A DNA stretch of 54,868 bases from the NCBI GenBank assembly GCA_050293845.1, contig JBNKNM010000017.1, positions 1 through 54,868 of the forward strand, given 5' to 3'. Position 1 is the first letter of the stretch; each line of letters begins with the position of its first letter. Below, piece by piece: positions 1 through 10,982 of the stretch. The stretch comes from Pseudobacteriovorax sp. (GTDB lineage: Bacteria; Bdellovibrionota_B; Oligoflexia; Oligoflexales; Oligoflexaceae). The translations under genes were made by a program, and so were the position numbers. A model generated the notes under the pieces. That model saw only the letters and a list, made by a program, of their open reading frames with translations. It was not told the origin of the DNA and ran no database searches.

Positions 1-2399
1 CGATAATTTTTTATGGTTTCGTATATCTGTGCCAATTCAAACAAGGATGTTGTAGCCAACTTATTTTTTGGATAGAATTTAATATATCTATTATACATGG
101 CTATAGCTTTTGAAAAATCCTTTAGTCCACGATATAGAGTGGCAGCATTGTAGATTGATAGTCTAGATTTTTTGTCACGCGGAAATAGCTTCGCATACAT
201 CTCGTAATAATATGCAGATTCTTTAAATTCGGCTAGTGATTCATTTGTTTGTGCAATATCAAGAATCGCTGTGGGAACATGCTTTGACTTCGGATACCTT
301 TTCAACAACGCTTTTCCCTTACTAATCGCATCCTCAACCTTGCCATCTTTATAGTAGTTAAAAGTAGCGTTAAAAAGAGCATCATCGGCATTTTTAGCAT
401 TAGGGAATTCCTCTTGATAAGCCACAAAGGCTTTTGCTGATTTTAAGTACTTTTTATTTTTACTATATCTCACAGCTTGACCAAATAGACTTTCACGAAG
501 AGTTCTGACAAGGTCATTTTTTAGTTTTGAATTGATGATATTCTTATTTTCAAGAAAGCGTCGGCATACAGCAATCAAATTATCCCATTCTTTACGTTCA
601 GAATAGTACCCTATAATCATCTTTACTGATGATTTTCCTTGCTTAGTTTTAGGTATTTCACTCACAATATTTTCAAATCTAGTCAAGGCAGGTTTATAGT
701 AGCCATATTCAAAAAGAGTATATGCGGCAGTATATCGCATAGGATACCCTTCTTTCTTTTTAGGAAGCAGCTTTACATAGTTATCGATAACTTTAATAAA
801 CTTCACTTTAACAGTCGGCAATGGTAATGGTTTATTAACCTGACCTAGAGGAGGCAGTTTACTATATTTTTGTTTTTCATCGATATTTTTCATGGAGACG
901 ACAGCACTTCTTGCTGCTGTTTCTCGATACTTACCTTCCATTTGCGACACCGTTAGATATTCATCAGCAGCTTTATCATAGTTTTTGAAGTGGAAGTGAA
1001 TTTCAGCTAGGTAGTAACGCAGTTCATACGCTTCTTTCGATTTTGGAAATGAGGCTAGATACAAATTATATAACTCTAGAGCGGCAACTAATACGGATTT
1101 TTTGGTTTTACCCTTCATACCTTCTTTATGATATAAAGTTCCGTATCTATGGATTTGATCTTTTGTATCTTTGTAGGCTTTTTCTACTTTTTCAGTCTCT
1201 TTCTTATTCGCCCGTGTCCATGTGCTCTTTTTAACATATAAATTATCCATAATTGTCATAACTTTAACTACTTGGCCAACCTTTTGATCGGTATGATAGA
1301 TTGCAGCTAAAGTAAGATAGATCTGTGGATTTCTAATCCTATTAGGCGATTCCGTTAGGAGGCGATTAAAAATTGCAATTGCTTTTTTGGTTTCACCAAT
1401 CTCAACATACTGGTTACCCATTCGCTCCAACATATCATAAAAGGCTTCATTTTCACCAATACTACGGAAATAATGCATAGCTTCATCTGTACGTCTGTTA
1501 TCGGCAAAAACAACAATCAAGTCATTAATAGCTTCCTGCTTCAGATTAAAGGCAGGCGCTTTACCATTTTTTACTTCAGACAACTTAACAACTAATTTTA
1601 ATGCCACTATAGCTTTGTTAGTATTATCTTCATGTTTTGATGGATCAGAAGATGAGATATTAAAGAAAGCCCAGCCTAGCTTATAGACAGCATAGGTATA
1701 TATACGAGAATTTTTAAACTTAATGGCTGATTTATAGTACTTTAGCGCCTTCTCCATTTTATGCTTATAGAAGAAATGCTCACCAAGAGCCAGGTACGTT
1801 TCAGGAAGAAGAGGCGAATTTTTATAATCTTTTATTATTTTTTCAAAATAAAAAATAGCGTTTTCATTATTTAATGCTAGTAATGTTTTGGCTAAAGCAA
1901 ACATCGCAGCATCTGCTCTAGGATGCTTGGAATAGTCTTTGACAATTTTTCGAAATGCTTGAGCACTTTTAAATAGCTGTGATTTAGATGTCCTATAATT
2001 TAACTTTGGTTCTTTTCCACGTTTCTTCTTGTTAGCTTTAGCCCAATTATCATACTTTTTTTCATAATCTCTAATTTCGATCTCACGAATGTAATCGTGT
2101 CTTTCAGAGTATAATTCCCCCAACCTTAAATACAGCTCAAATTTTTTATCATCCTTTATTTTTGAATTCAGAAGAGTATTTATTGATTGAATGGTTTGTA
2201 GTCTTAGATCGTCAGCTTTTCTTAGAGCTTCATCTGTAGCTGTTTTTGTTGCATTATCTGTAAGAAAAGCCTTTAATTCTTCTTTATCTGGTTGATCTAT
2301 CTTTTGACTCGGCGTCTTCTTTTTACTCTTAGAATAAGAGAACTGAGTCATCGAAAACACAGTGAATATAGCAATTATAGGTAGTATATTTATTCTCAT
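1..2399 (-). CDS. Large secreted TPR protein, AgmU/GltD-like gliding motility component (partial; 3' end lies beyond the window)
   Basis: Absent from the ORF track, presumably because the frame runs off the left edge. Spot translation from ATG 2399 (GAGG RBS at 2407-2410) gives MRINILPIIAIFTVFSM (signal-like), FELYLRLGELYSE, RADAAMFALAK, YLALGEHFF, YAVYKLGWAFFN, YELRYYLAEIHF, ADDALFNA: tandem TPR motifs like myxobacterial AgmU/GltD. It follows gltC-like and beta-barrel genes. Confidence 0.8.
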   Translation of the reverse strand, partial: MRINILPIIAIFTVFSMTQFSYSKSKKKTPSQKIDQPDKEELKAFLTDNATKTATDEALRKADDLRLQTIQSINTLLNSKIKDDKKFELYLRLGELYSERHDYIREIEIRDYEKKYDNWAKANKKKRGKEPKLNYRTSKSQLFKSAQAFRKIVKDYSKHPRADAAMFALAKTLLALNNENAIFYFEKIIKDYKNSPLLPETYLALGEHFFYKHKMEKALKYYKSAIKFKNSRIYTYAVYKLGWAFFNISSSDPSKHEDNTNKAIVALKLVVKLSEVKNGKAPAFNLKQEAINDLIVVFADNRRTDEAMHYFRSIGENEAFYDMLERMGNQYVEIGETKKAIAIFNRLLTESPNRIRNPQIYLTLAAIYHTDQKVGQVVKVMTIMDNLYVKKSTWTRANKKETEKVEKAYKDTKDQIHRYGTLYHKEGMKGKTKKSVLVAALELYNLYLASFPKSKEAYELRYYLAEIHFHFKNYDKAADEYLTVSQMEGKYRETAARSAVVSMKNIDEKQKYSKLPPLGQVNKPLPLPTVKVKFIKVIDNYVKLLPKKKEGYPMRYTAAYTLFEYGYYKPALTRFENIVSEIPKTKQGKSSVKMIIGYYSERKEWDNLIAVCRRFLENKNIINSKLKNDLVRTLRESLFGQAVRYSKNKKYLKSAKAFVAYQEEFPNAKNADDALFNATFNYYKDGKVEDAISKGKALLKRYPKSKHVPTAILDIAQTNESLAEFKESAYYYEMYAKLFPRDKKSRLSIYNAATLYRGLKDFSKAIAMYNRYIKFYPKNKLATTSLFELAQIYETIKNY

Positions 2400-2419
2400 C
2401 ATCTAACCTCTAGTACATG

Positions 2420-3991
2420 TTAGTTGCATAATGGTTCTACGTCGATTATCTGATAACCAATTTCGTCCCACCAGTACTCAGACTTTAGGTCCTCCCAACT
2501 TTGAGTTTTTTGACTCCACTGACTGAATACTTTTATATCTGCCGAGGTTTTCATCTTATTTTCAGCATGAAGTTCCCGTCCTAAAAGATGCTCCTTTTGT
2601 CCCATCAATAATTCTAGGTAAAGAAACTGCGCTTGAGTATAAAGATCTTCAAAATGTTCGTTAAGATAGTTTAATTCTCCTAAATATATATTTCCCAGCT
2701 CACGGCGTATATCATTTTCTAACGCTTGTAATTTCTGCTTTTGAGAATTAATTCCTTCGGTATATCCAAAAACTCCTTTGATTGACAGATTATCATACTC
2801 TTCTAATACGCTTGCGTACTGAGATCTTATTAGCAGCATACTGTCTCTTTCTGCTGCAGTTTTAAGTACTTTTCTGGAGATTCCCAGAGCAGAACTTGAC
2901 ACTCCAGAGATTAGATTTTCGAAAACCTGATAGCTAGCATCGGGAGTGAGGCGTTGCCGATCCAGGAATGTTGATAGTCCTTCGACTGCTTCAGCATGTT
3001 GCTCAGCAAAATCAGCAAGAGAATTACGAGCTTCATCGTAACGGCACATCCAAAAATAAATCATTGATTCTAAAATTTTGCTTTCAGGATTGTAGTAATC
3101 TTTGAAATATGGTGAATGAGCACCATACAACGAACCCAAAGCATGCTTTGGCCTACCAGCCATAAAAAGAGCCCAAGATTGTTCGAACAATGAATCATAA
3201 AACAAAAAGTTTTCCTTTTTTATTCTTCTGTATGCAATTGCTGAATCAAGAAATTTTCCTTGTTCGTAATACATACGCGCAAGAGCGAGATGTGCGTAAT
3301 TAATCATTTGTTGTTTATCCTCATTTTCTAATGAAGACAGTGACTGGGGAGTTTGGTTTAGAATTGCTTTTAGCAACGCTTCTGCATCTCTATAAGCTCC
3401 TTTTTCCACTAACCCCATCGCCAATTGATACTGTGCAGGAATAAAGTATCTATCTTGCATTGTAAGTTTCTTAAAGTATGGCATTGCTGCTGCATTTTTG
3501 CCTTGATTCATTAAGGCTGTTGCAATATGATAATTCCAATCATTCCCAAAGTGCTTAGGCGATTTACCCGTATTTATAAACTTTAAAGCAATGCGATCAA
3601 TTAAATATTCGATGGGCTTATCACTACTAGCTTCCTTAAGAATTTTCCAAGCTACTGTTGATTCTTTGTCAAAAGGATATTTACTATAGAGTATGCTATC
3701 AGCGGCATATATAGAAGAAAGAATAGGATAACCAGCATGATGAAGCAATTGGGCCTTAAAAGCTATAAAACGCATCACATATGTATTATCCAGATACTTA
3801 CGATAATTCTTCTCTACATCCTTTAATAAAAACCATGTCTTACGACCACTATTTTTTTTGGTTCGATAATCTTGAAGTACCTTCTCAAATTGTTTTTCGG
3901 CCTGTCTTGACTTTCTACTTTTTGCCTCGGCAGGTAAAGTAATGGCTAAAACTATAGCTAGTGATATTAATATTTTCAGAATTACAATCAA
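2420..3991 (-). CDS. GltC-like TPR protein (gliding motility)
   Basis: Signal peptide, TPR repeats (HLALARMYYEQG, LFEQSWALF) and C-terminal EYWWDEIGY, similar to the GltC C-terminal EYW.DE.G motif; operon context. Confidence 0.75.
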   Translation of the reverse strand: MIVILKILISLAIVLAITLPAEAKSRKSRQAEKQFEKVLQDYRTKKNSGRKTWFLLKDVEKNYRKYLDNTYVMRFIAFKAQLLHHAGYPILSSIYAADSILYSKYPFDKESTVAWKILKEASSDKPIEYLIDRIALKFINTGKSPKHFGNDWNYHIATALMNQGKNAAAMPYFKKLTMQDRYFIPAQYQLAMGLVEKGAYRDAEALLKAILNQTPQSLSSLENEDKQQMINYAHLALARMYYEQGKFLDSAIAYRRIKKENFLFYDSLFEQSWALFMAGRPKHALGSLYGAHSPYFKDYYNPESKILESMIYFWMCRYDEARNSLADFAEQHAEAVEGLSTFLDRQRLTPDASYQVFENLISGVSSSALGISRKVLKTAAERDSMLLIRSQYASVLEEYDNLSIKGVFGYTEGINSQKQKLQALENDIRRELGNIYLGELNYLNEHFEDLYTQAQFLYLELLMGQKEHLLGRELHAENKMKTSADIKVFSQWSQKTQSWEDLKSEYWWDEIGYQIIDVEPLCN

Positions 3992-4012
3992 ATGCTATCC
4001 CTCTAATTATAT

Positions 4013-4711
4013 CTAAAATAAGAAATAACTCATTCCTAAATCGACACTATATGCGTGCCTTGTATAGTTCGCTTCAACCCGTTTTTCTCGATAGATTCGA
4101 TCGCGCACTTCGAACCTAAAGGAAATATTTTTCTCCCAATAAAATCTTTGACCAACAGCCCATGAAATAGAATTTAAATCACCTTGATCAGTTTCCACTT
4201 TTGATAGTCCAGAAAGCAGATATAGATCTGAGTATATAATAACTGAATCAACAAAATTGATCTTGCCATAGAAAGGAGCCACAATTAGACTAACGTCACG
4301 AGAGCCATGGATACGATTAACTTCTGGGTCGGGACTTACCACATCGGCTGAATCAAGTTTGCGATACTTCAATTGATTTAATGCTTTTCTATCATCTGAA
4401 TCTTTTACAGAGGTGGATATGGCTTGGAACTCAAACCCGAACCATTCATTAATGAAAAGGGAGCTGCGTAGTCCAAACATAATCGTATCTGTATAGGCTT
4501 CATTAACAAAAGACCCTGCTGAAAAACCTACTTCTGGTCGAAATGTTTTGGTGAAATAACGATTTTGCAAAATACTGACAGGACTATTTTTTTTCTCACC
4601 TCTAATCTCTGAGGGTTTTAGGTCTAATCCCAAACATACATCAGACAGGGATATTGCAAGATGCAGAGGCAGCAATATTTTAAATAATGTGTACTGCAAA
4701 ATCACACGCAT
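4013..4711 (-). CDS. Outer-membrane beta-barrel protein, GltA/GltB-like
   Basis: Signal peptide, QNRYF.K..R.E motif, APFYGK motif, alternating beta-strands, C-terminal aromatic (SYFLF). Confidence 0.75.
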   Translation of the reverse strand: MRVILQYTLFKILLPLHLAISLSDVCLGLDLKPSEIRGEKKNSPVSILQNRYFTKTFRPEVGFSAGSFVNEAYTDTIMFGLRSSLFINEWFGFEFQAISTSVKDSDDRKALNQLKYRKLDSADVVSPDPEVNRIHGSRDVSLIVAPFYGKINFVDSVIIYSDLYLLSGLSKVETDQGDLNSISWAVGQRFYWEKNISFRFEVRDRIYREKRVEANYTRHAYSVDLGMSYFLF

Positions 4712-4945
4712 GTTTAATTCCTCTATACTTTCTTCGTCTCGCCCTTAGACTATGCTCGGAGCCTTCGTCATCAAAAAGTTAGACATAAAAGTAAATTTAT
4801 ATAATTATCAATAATCGTTTGATTTTTAACTGTCTCATCAAGAGAATTTTTTGATATATTCTCCTGATGAAATCTATCTTTTTAAGATCATAATGATTCT
4901 ATCAAGTAACAGGCTAGAAAAAGTGGGTAGATTATTCCCAAAAAG

Positions 4946-6166
4946 CTACAGGTGAGATTGCTTGACTTGATTTCGTCTTTCCAATTCTGTTTGGATCATT
5001 GCTAATTCACGCCCCGTTTGCCCACGGATGGAGCTGTTTTCCTCAGCACGTCTCGACAGATAGGGAAGAAGTTCATGTAATTTGCCATAGGGAACATACT
5101 TACATACATTATAGCCATGGTGAGCTAAGTTGAAAGTGAGATGATCGCTCATCCCTAGGAGTTGGGCAAAGTAGATTCTAGAATCATTCTTATCGATTTT
5201 GAACTCATTGAGCAGATTAATCAGTAATCTCGTTGACTTCTCGTTGTGAGTCCCCGCACAAGTCGCAATTCTCTCAATCTTTTCAACACAAAACCTTAAC
5301 GCTAGATTGTAATCTTGGTCGGTGGCCTCTTTGCTCGCATGTAATGGATTTGCATAGCCAAGTTCAGCAGCTTTAATAGCTTCCTTTTCTAAATACGCAC
5401 CGCGCACTAATTTAACTCCAAGGAAATAGCCATGAGCTGATGCATCACCATAAGACCTTTTTAAAAAGTCTAAGCGATCTTTACGGTAAAGCTGAATGGT
5501 ATTGAAAACAATGGCTTTTTCTTTATTGAACTGCATCATCATTTTACGTGTGAGTTGATCTACAGAGTCCTGAATCCAGCTTTCTTCGGCATCGACAAAA
5601 ATTCTCACCTGCTTTTCCCAAGCATGGCGGCAAACCTTTTCAAACCTTTGGGCAAAAGCTTGAAATTTCTGCTGCTCCGCATTGCTTAACGGTAATTTAC
5701 GATCCCGCTTTTCCAAAACATCACCAGGACCAATTCCCGATGGTTTGAAAACTGCAAATGGGATTGCACTATGTGCAGCAGAAAGGTCAATGGTTGCTAA
5801 TATTTCATCTTGAACGCGGTTGAAATCCTTCTCCCGCTGACTGGCTTCCGTTGCAAAATCTAAAATAGTACCAACTTGCACCTTATCAAGCTTATTGACG
5901 ACTTTCTGACATTCCTCAATGGTTTCTCCCCCGCAAAATTGGCCGAAAATAGTTTTTCGTATCAGACCACGAATAGGAAGCTTCAATAATAATGCTAGCT
6001 TAGTTAAAAAAGGCCCCAATTTTACTAAAAAAGGAAGGGACAAGGCTTTAAATAATAAATATGAGCGCCGCAATTCTGCATCTGATTTCTGAGAGAAGGC
6101 TTGTTGAGTGTTAGAAAAATCTAATATTTTTAGTTTGTTATAGTTTTCTTTATAATTTACTGGCAT
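4946..6166 (-). CDS. Monofunctional proline dehydrogenase
   Basis: FCGGE, VDAEESWIQ, KLVRGAY, GTHN, FAQLLGMSD and KYVPYG...YLSRRAEEN motifs. Start moved to ATG 6166, which follows a GGGGAG RBS. Confidence 0.92.
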   Translation of the reverse strand: MPVNYKENYNKLKILDFSNTQQAFSQKSDAELRRSYLLFKALSLPFLVKLGPFLTKLALLLKLPIRGLIRKTIFGQFCGGETIEECQKVVNKLDKVQVGTILDFATEASQREKDFNRVQDEILATIDLSAAHSAIPFAVFKPSGIGPGDVLEKRDRKLPLSNAEQQKFQAFAQRFEKVCRHAWEKQVRIFVDAEESWIQDSVDQLTRKMMMQFNKEKAIVFNTIQLYRKDRLDFLKRSYGDASAHGYFLGVKLVRGAYLEKEAIKAAELGYANPLHASKEATDQDYNLALRFCVEKIERIATCAGTHNEKSTRLLINLLNEFKIDKNDSRIYFAQLLGMSDHLTFNLAHHGYNVCKYVPYGKLHELLPYLSRRAEENSSIRGQTGRELAMIQTELERRNQVKQSHL

Positions 6167-6413
6167 CCTAGACTCCCCATAACAACAAAAGAGCCTAAGT
6201 GGATACCAGATTTTCACCAAAAATTCTTTGGTTTTTCAGCGTCAGATTGTCAAAAATATGCTTTTTTTTGCCTGCTGCTACTTTTTCTCGATCCTGACAG
6301 AAGATTGAACAAAATGCTCGCGCAATTTCGGTCCTTTAGGGCCGAGTAGTTCACCCAAGATCTGACAAAAAACAGTCAAGGAATACTTCTGCTACAAGCC
6401 TTAAAATCTGGGT

Positions 6414-7190
6414 TTAATCATCCTCCGCCAATTTTGATAACACATCAAACATTTTAATAGGAATAGGGAAGATAATTGTCTTACTGTTACTATCAGCAAG
6501 ATTCGCCACAGTCTGCAAGTAGCGCAACTGGATTCCTCCAGGGCTCTCCATCAGCTTATTCGCCGCCTCCTTAAGGGTGTTGGCCGCTTGTAATTCGCCT
6601 TCCGCTGATATGACTTTGGCTCGCCGCTCCCGCTCCGCCTCAGCTTGTCTTGCCATAGCGCGTTGTTGATCCGGAGGCAAGTCCACATGCTTTATTTCGA
6701 CGCTTACAACTTTGATCCCCCAAGGGTCCGTATTAGAATCCAAGATTTCCTGTAGTTTTGAGTTGATTTTCTCTCTATGCATCAAGATATCATCCAATGG
6801 GTGTTCACCTAGTGCCGATCGCAGATGAGTCTGAGCCAGCTGGGTAGTAGCATAAAGGTAATTTTCAACATTGATTATCGCTTTCATAGTGTCAACAACT
6901 TTGAAATAGAGTACAGCGTTAACTTTGAGAGAAATATTATCCTGTGTGATGACATCCTGAGGATCAATATCCATAGTTACAGTCCGCGTCGAAACTCTAG
7001 CCTCAATCCTGTCAACGCCAGGGATAAGAAATATGACTCCCGGACCACGCGGGCCATCTAAGACCCTTCCAAACCGAAATATAATGGCTCTCTCATATTC
7101 CGGAATGATACGGATGGCTGAGAACAACATCAATAGCGCAAATAAAACAAGAATCATTAGTCCGATACTCACAGGCACCTCCCCTTTCAA
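6414..7190 (-). CDS. SPFH/stomatin (band 7) family protein
   Basis: [49 protein letters not shown]; downstream of nfeD. Confidence 0.95.
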   Translation of the reverse strand: MKGEVPVSIGLMILVLFALLMLFSAIRIIPEYERAIIFRFGRVLDGPRGPGVIFLIPGVDRIEARVSTRTVTMDIDPQDVITQDNISLKVNAVLYFKVVDTMKAIINVENYLYATTQLAQTHLRSALGEHPLDDILMHREKINSKLQEILDSNTDPWGIKVVSVEIKHVDLPPDQQRAMARQAEAERERRAKVISAEGELQAANTLKEAANKLMESPGGIQLRYLQTVANLADSNSKTIIFPIPIKMFDVLSKLAEDD

Positions 7191-8512
7191 CTTTTTCTTG
7201 CCTCAGAATTGATCGACTCCACAAGGAGCGTTAGACCAACCACTTTTTTTACCTTCAAAATATCACCTTTACTCGCTTCTCCTCCTGTATCGAGCTTAGC
7301 TTTCCAAAACTCACCATCGAGCCTGACCTGTCCGCTGCCATTTTCAAAGGGAGCGTAGACTTCTACTACCTTGCCAATTAATCCCTCAACACCCGATATA
7401 ACTTTAGACCGCTCTGCCTTAACCACCAAGTAAGCAACCAAAAGTCCAAAACCAGCAACTCCCAGTGATCCTGGTATAATCGTCCATAAAGAAATTTCTA
7501 AACCCAATTCATTACTGGAATCCACTAGTAATATAGATCCTGCCACAAAGGCAATGAAACCTCCTATCCCCAAAATGCCAAACGAAGGAATAAATATCTC
7601 AGCAACCATAAAGGCTATACTGGCTACAATCAATAGCAAAGCACCGAAACTGACAGGAAGCACCGCAGTAGCGATAAGAGCCATTATGATGCAAATGCCG
7701 CCCACAACACCCGGTACAAGGGAACCAGGATGTGTCAACTCAAACCCGATACCCAAAAGTCCTGCCACAAAAAGTAAGTAGAAAATATTAGGGTTTGATA
7801 TGACCTCTAAAAACATCTGCCGGAAGCTTTTTTTATAAAATACAAAGTTAGCGTTATTGGTATCTAACCGAACTTCAGAATTATCATTCAATTTAATAGA
7901 ACGATTATGGACACTGCTCATAAGCCGATCCAAAGATGGTGCGATGATGTCGATAACATTGTATTCCAACGCTTCCTCTGCTGTGATGGAAGCGGAGTTT
8001 TCTACAAAAGAAACAGCCATATCTTTATTACGGCCTCTGACATCGGCAATAGACTCCATAAATGCAATGGTATCGTTCTCAACTTTCTTTGATGCCTCGG
8101 AATCTTTCAGATCCTGTCCATTTGCTTGAATAGGATGGGCAGCTCCTACATTCGTTCCCGGAGCCATGGCGGCGATGTGCCCACTTAGGGTAATGAAAGC
8201 TCCCGCGCTTCCTGCGTGAGCCCCACTGGGACCGACCCAGACTATAACAGGAAAATTTGCTGATAGTATGTTTTTAACCATGCTGCGAGTGGCTTCCAAA
8301 GCACCACCCGGTGTGTCCAGTTGGATGACAAGACCAGTCAAGCGTCTTTTCGCAACATCATCCATGGCAGCATTCAGAATATCATCTGATGCCGTACCGA
8401 TGATTCCTATATCCACCACCAGCCATGTGCTACTTGGGGACTCTGTGGCCTGCCCTAATCCCCCCCAAAACAGAGCCATAAAGATGCAAAAAATCCTCGT
8501 ATAAACTGGCAT
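7187..8512 (-). CDS. nfeD: NfeD family membrane-bound serine protease (ClpP class)
   Basis: [23 protein letters not shown], transmembrane bundle, C-terminal [12 protein letters not shown]; paired with stomatin. Confidence 0.93.
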   Translation of the reverse strand: MPVYTRIFCIFMALFWGGLGQATESPSSTWLVVDIGIIGTASDDILNAAMDDVAKRRLTGLVIQLDTPGGALEATRSMVKNILSANFPVIVWVGPSGAHAGSAGAFITLSGHIAAMAPGTNVGAAHPIQANGQDLKDSEASKKVENDTIAFMESIADVRGRNKDMAVSFVENSASITAEEALEYNVIDIIAPSLDRLMSSVHNRSIKLNDNSEVRLDTNNANFVFYKKSFRQMFLEVISNPNIFYLLFVAGLLGIGFELTHPGSLVPGVVGGICIIMALIATAVLPVSFGALLLIVASIAFMVAEIFIPSFGILGIGGFIAFVAGSILLVDSSNELGLEISLWTIIPGSLGVAGFGLLVAYLVVKAERSKVISGVEGLIGKVVEVYAPFENGSGQVRLDGEFWKAKLDTGGEASKGDILKVKKVVGLTLLVESINSEARKS

Positions 8513-8639
8513 ACTTTCTCCTAGCTACGGGTTCAAAACCATATTTCCTTAATACAGTGTTATTTTCAACTCTTATAGAATACAGCGACAGTCCGTGTGT
8601 TTTCACATCTGCTATACTGCAAAGGAACCTAACTTTTAA

Positions 8640-8978
8640 CATCATGTCTCATACGAGTTATTCGTTTATCAAAGTTTAGCTCTTCTTCCTCTTTTCGAGC
8701 GAATCTAAGATAATGCTCTCTGGTAGAGTTGCTATTTTTCAGGAAGCATCCTCCAATAGGTGAGTTTGGTTTTCCAGGTTAAATCTATTCTTAACCATTT
8801 TCTTTACTTAAGAATTTAACTCTGCTGAAGCAATGTCCAGCTCATCAAATGCTTTAGTATTATTTAAGCTCTCATTCGCAGAATAGGGATAAAGAATTCT
8901 TTATTTATCAAACAAAACAATTTGTGCAAGTATATCTCTACCATTTTCTCGAAAATAAATCTTATTTAGTTCGGCGTC
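8640..8978 (-). pseudogene. Probable decayed gene remnant
   Basis: One minus-strand frame reads protein-like (DAELNKIYFRENGRDILAQIVLFDK*RILYPYSANESLNNTKAFDELDIASAELNS*VKKMVKNRFNLENQTHLLEDAS*KIATLPESIILDSLEKRKKS*) with scattered stops. Confidence 0.35.
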
Positions 8979-9003
8979 TCAAATCACTACAAAGGAGAAC
9001 GTA

Positions 9004-9327
9004 ATGAGTTTGGCAAAGCCGGGAATTTTAAAAGAGGAAATTATTTACTACAACTGTCTCATCGACCTACTTTATGCAATGGAGGGCTCACTTAAAGCAG
9101 CAAAAACGGCTCATCTTCGTATGCTCATCGACAAGGTATTGGCTATGTCGCTTTTACAAGGCGATTTTTTAACCCAAGAAAAAATGCTTGCTGCGCAACA
9201 ACTACAAGATCACGAACGAACTGCATTACTACGCGAAATAAAGACATGCCAGAAAACCGCTATTGCCTCTGCTACTGCCGCACTTGAAGCTCGACACCAC
9301 GACTACATTTACATGGAAGCTGTATGA
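9004..9327 (+). CDS. Hypothetical helical protein (107 aa)
   Basis: AAGGAG RBS just upstream of the ATG; followed by a hairpin. Confidence 0.65.
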   Translation: MSLAKPGILKEEIIYYNCLIDLLYAMEGSLKAAKTAHLRMLIDKVLAMSLLQGDFLTQEKMLAAQQLQDHERTALLREIKTCQKTAIASATAALEARHHDYIYMEAV

Positions 9328-9350
9328 AAACTATGCTCATAAATAATTGA

Positions 9351-9380
9351 CCCGCCGTATCCTCTAAGAATACATGCGGG
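9351..9380 (+). terminator. Imperfect hairpin, possible terminator
   Basis: CCCGC...GCGGG stem with inner GTAT/ATAC pairing, downstream of the 107-aa ORF; weak U-tract. Confidence 0.35.
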
Positions 9381-9449
9381 CCATTATCTTTAGTCATCGC
9401 ACCTTTCACTAGCAAAACGACTCCATCAAAAATTTCAAAATAATTTTTA

Positions 9450-9478
9450 TTGACTTAAGAATTCGAATCTGCGATAAG
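9450..9478 (+). promoter_or_regulatory. Putative sigma70 promoter of tRNA-Val
   Basis: TTGACT-17 nt-GATAAG with an AT-rich upstream element. Confidence 0.45.
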
Positions 9479-9496
9479 CAGAGTCCTTGAAGCTGT

Positions 9497-9573
9497 GGGG
9501 ATATAGCTCAGCTGGTTAGAGCACCTGCCTTACAAGCAGGGGGTCCATGGTTCGAATCCGTGTATCCCCACCA
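9497..9573 (+). tRNA. tRNA-Val(TAC)
   Basis: Acceptor stem GGGGATA/TATCCCC, D arm GCTCAGCTGGTTAGAGC, anticodon arm CCTGC-CTTACAA-GCAGG, T loop GGTTCGAATCC, encoded CCA. Confidence 0.98.
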
Positions 9574-9653
9574 TGTCAGTTTCAAGCATCTATTATGAGT
9601 AGAAGCACTCAAAACTTCCTTCACCATTCACATATCTTGATATTATCAAACAA

Positions 9654-10982
9654 CTAGTTTAGAACTCGTTGACTATTTACAGAATAGCTACTTAGGACAT
9701 GCTCATTGTAGGATTTTGTTAACGCATCAAAAACAAGGTCAATAATGATTTTGATTTCCTGCATTTGCTTCTCATTTTGAACATGCTTCTCTAACATTCT
9801 TAGAGTTTGAACCCAATGCCCTTCCTCAGCTCCATCTGTATGAATATGGGAAGAGAAAAACTTCACCGCTTTGTGCGGCTTCTCAAATCCCCAGTGCTCA
9901 ATATTCGCTTTGAGGTCAGTGATGAACTTCTCATTCATGAAAGCTGTAATGCCTTCAATGGCTATAGGCACAGCAAGAAAAACAATGGGATCTCTTCTGA
10001 AACTGCACAACGATTCTTGAATAAATCTAAACATATGGATGCCACTATTAGCGACAAAGACCTCTTTAATATAATCCGTATCAGCACCTAAGTAACGCAA
10101 ATCCTCCTCAATCCAAATCTCATGGTTTACTTCACCTGACAGGTGACCCGCATAATGCCGGCGCAGCTCAGGATCATCGCACATTCCTACTGCATAACCG
10201 AGGACTCTAGTTGTGTACTTCACGTAGTCATAGGCATTGGCCAAGCAATTAATGTATTCCGTCTTGGAAAGAGTATGGGCACTCACCCGAGAATAGTACT
10301 CCAAACTATAGTACTTTTCACAACCTTTTTGGACTTGATCGGCAATACCTTCCACAAACAAAGTTTTCACAAAACCTTTACTTTCCTCACTCATTTTTTG
10401 CCAGCATCGTAGTAAACCATCGGCAACTCGCATTTCATACGGAAAAACCTTGTAAGTACCACCAGGGAGATCAATATCTCGTGATTTTGCACCTTCAATT
10501 TCTAAATATTTCAATATTTTCTTAGCGGGAATCTCTCCTTCCTCGCAATAAAAAATCATCTGCTCTTTGTCACGATTTTGGGATAAAGCTAAGTACATTA
10601 GCAAAGGGAAGAGGCCCCGTCTTTCTTCAGTGGGATCTACTGAACTTCTGGTACCAACATAGCAATTTTTCAAACTCTCCGGCTTAAACCCTGAATATTT
10701 AGAGAAATTTGATTTTTCACCATCGACCATAGTAGTTGATCCCACGAGTTTGCCATTTTCATAAAGTAGAATATGCTTACCTACTTCATCATTTTCATCA
10801 AATAGATGCTGCTCATCCAAAATACCGCCAAATGTTTTTTTTCTTAACGTAACCAGCTCATCAGGGTAAACTCCCCCTGAAACGATCCTGATTTCAAAAC
10901 CTTCTGCAGGGCCTTGATTTTGTAATTTGGACTTCAAAAACTGCATTTTTTCTTCGATGTTCCAATCTTGCGTTAGTTGCAT
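9654..10982 (-). CDS. Fusion of an N-terminal GNAT/LuxI-FeeM-like acyltransferase fold and a C-terminal heme-oxygenase-like diiron oxidase (iron-containing redox enzyme)
   Basis: N-terminal LRKKTF...D..D...HILL.ENGKLVG pattern. C-terminal YDYVKYT, GEVNHE.W...DL..LG, AIEG and FFSSHIHTD...H match the HDO ligand layout. AAGGAG RBS. Confidence 0.75.
   Translation of the reverse strand: MQLTQDWNIEEKMQFLKSKLQNQGPAEGFEIRIVSGGVYPDELVTLRKKTFGGILDEQHLFDENDEVGKHILLYENGKLVGSTTMVDGEKSNFSKYSGFKPESLKNCYVGTRSSVDPTEERRGLFPLLMYLALSQNRDKEQMIFYCEEGEIPAKKILKYLEIEGAKSRDIDLPGGTYKVFPYEMRVADGLLRCWQKMSEESKGFVKTLFVEGIADQVQKGCEKYYSLEYYSRVSAHTLSKTEYINCLANAYDYVKYTTRVLGYAVGMCDDPELRRHYAGHLSGEVNHEIWIEEDLRYLGADTDYIKEVFVANSGIHMFRFIQESLCSFRRDPIVFLAVPIAIEGITAFMNEKFITDLKANIEHWGFEKPHKAVKFFSSHIHTDGAEEGHWVQTLRMLEKHVQNEKQMQEIKIIIDLVFDALTKSYNEHVLSSYSVNSQRVLN

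Noticed and set aside
639..1234. Short plus-strand ORFs (62 and 63 aa)
   Set aside because: Antisense shadows of the large minus-strand TPR gene.
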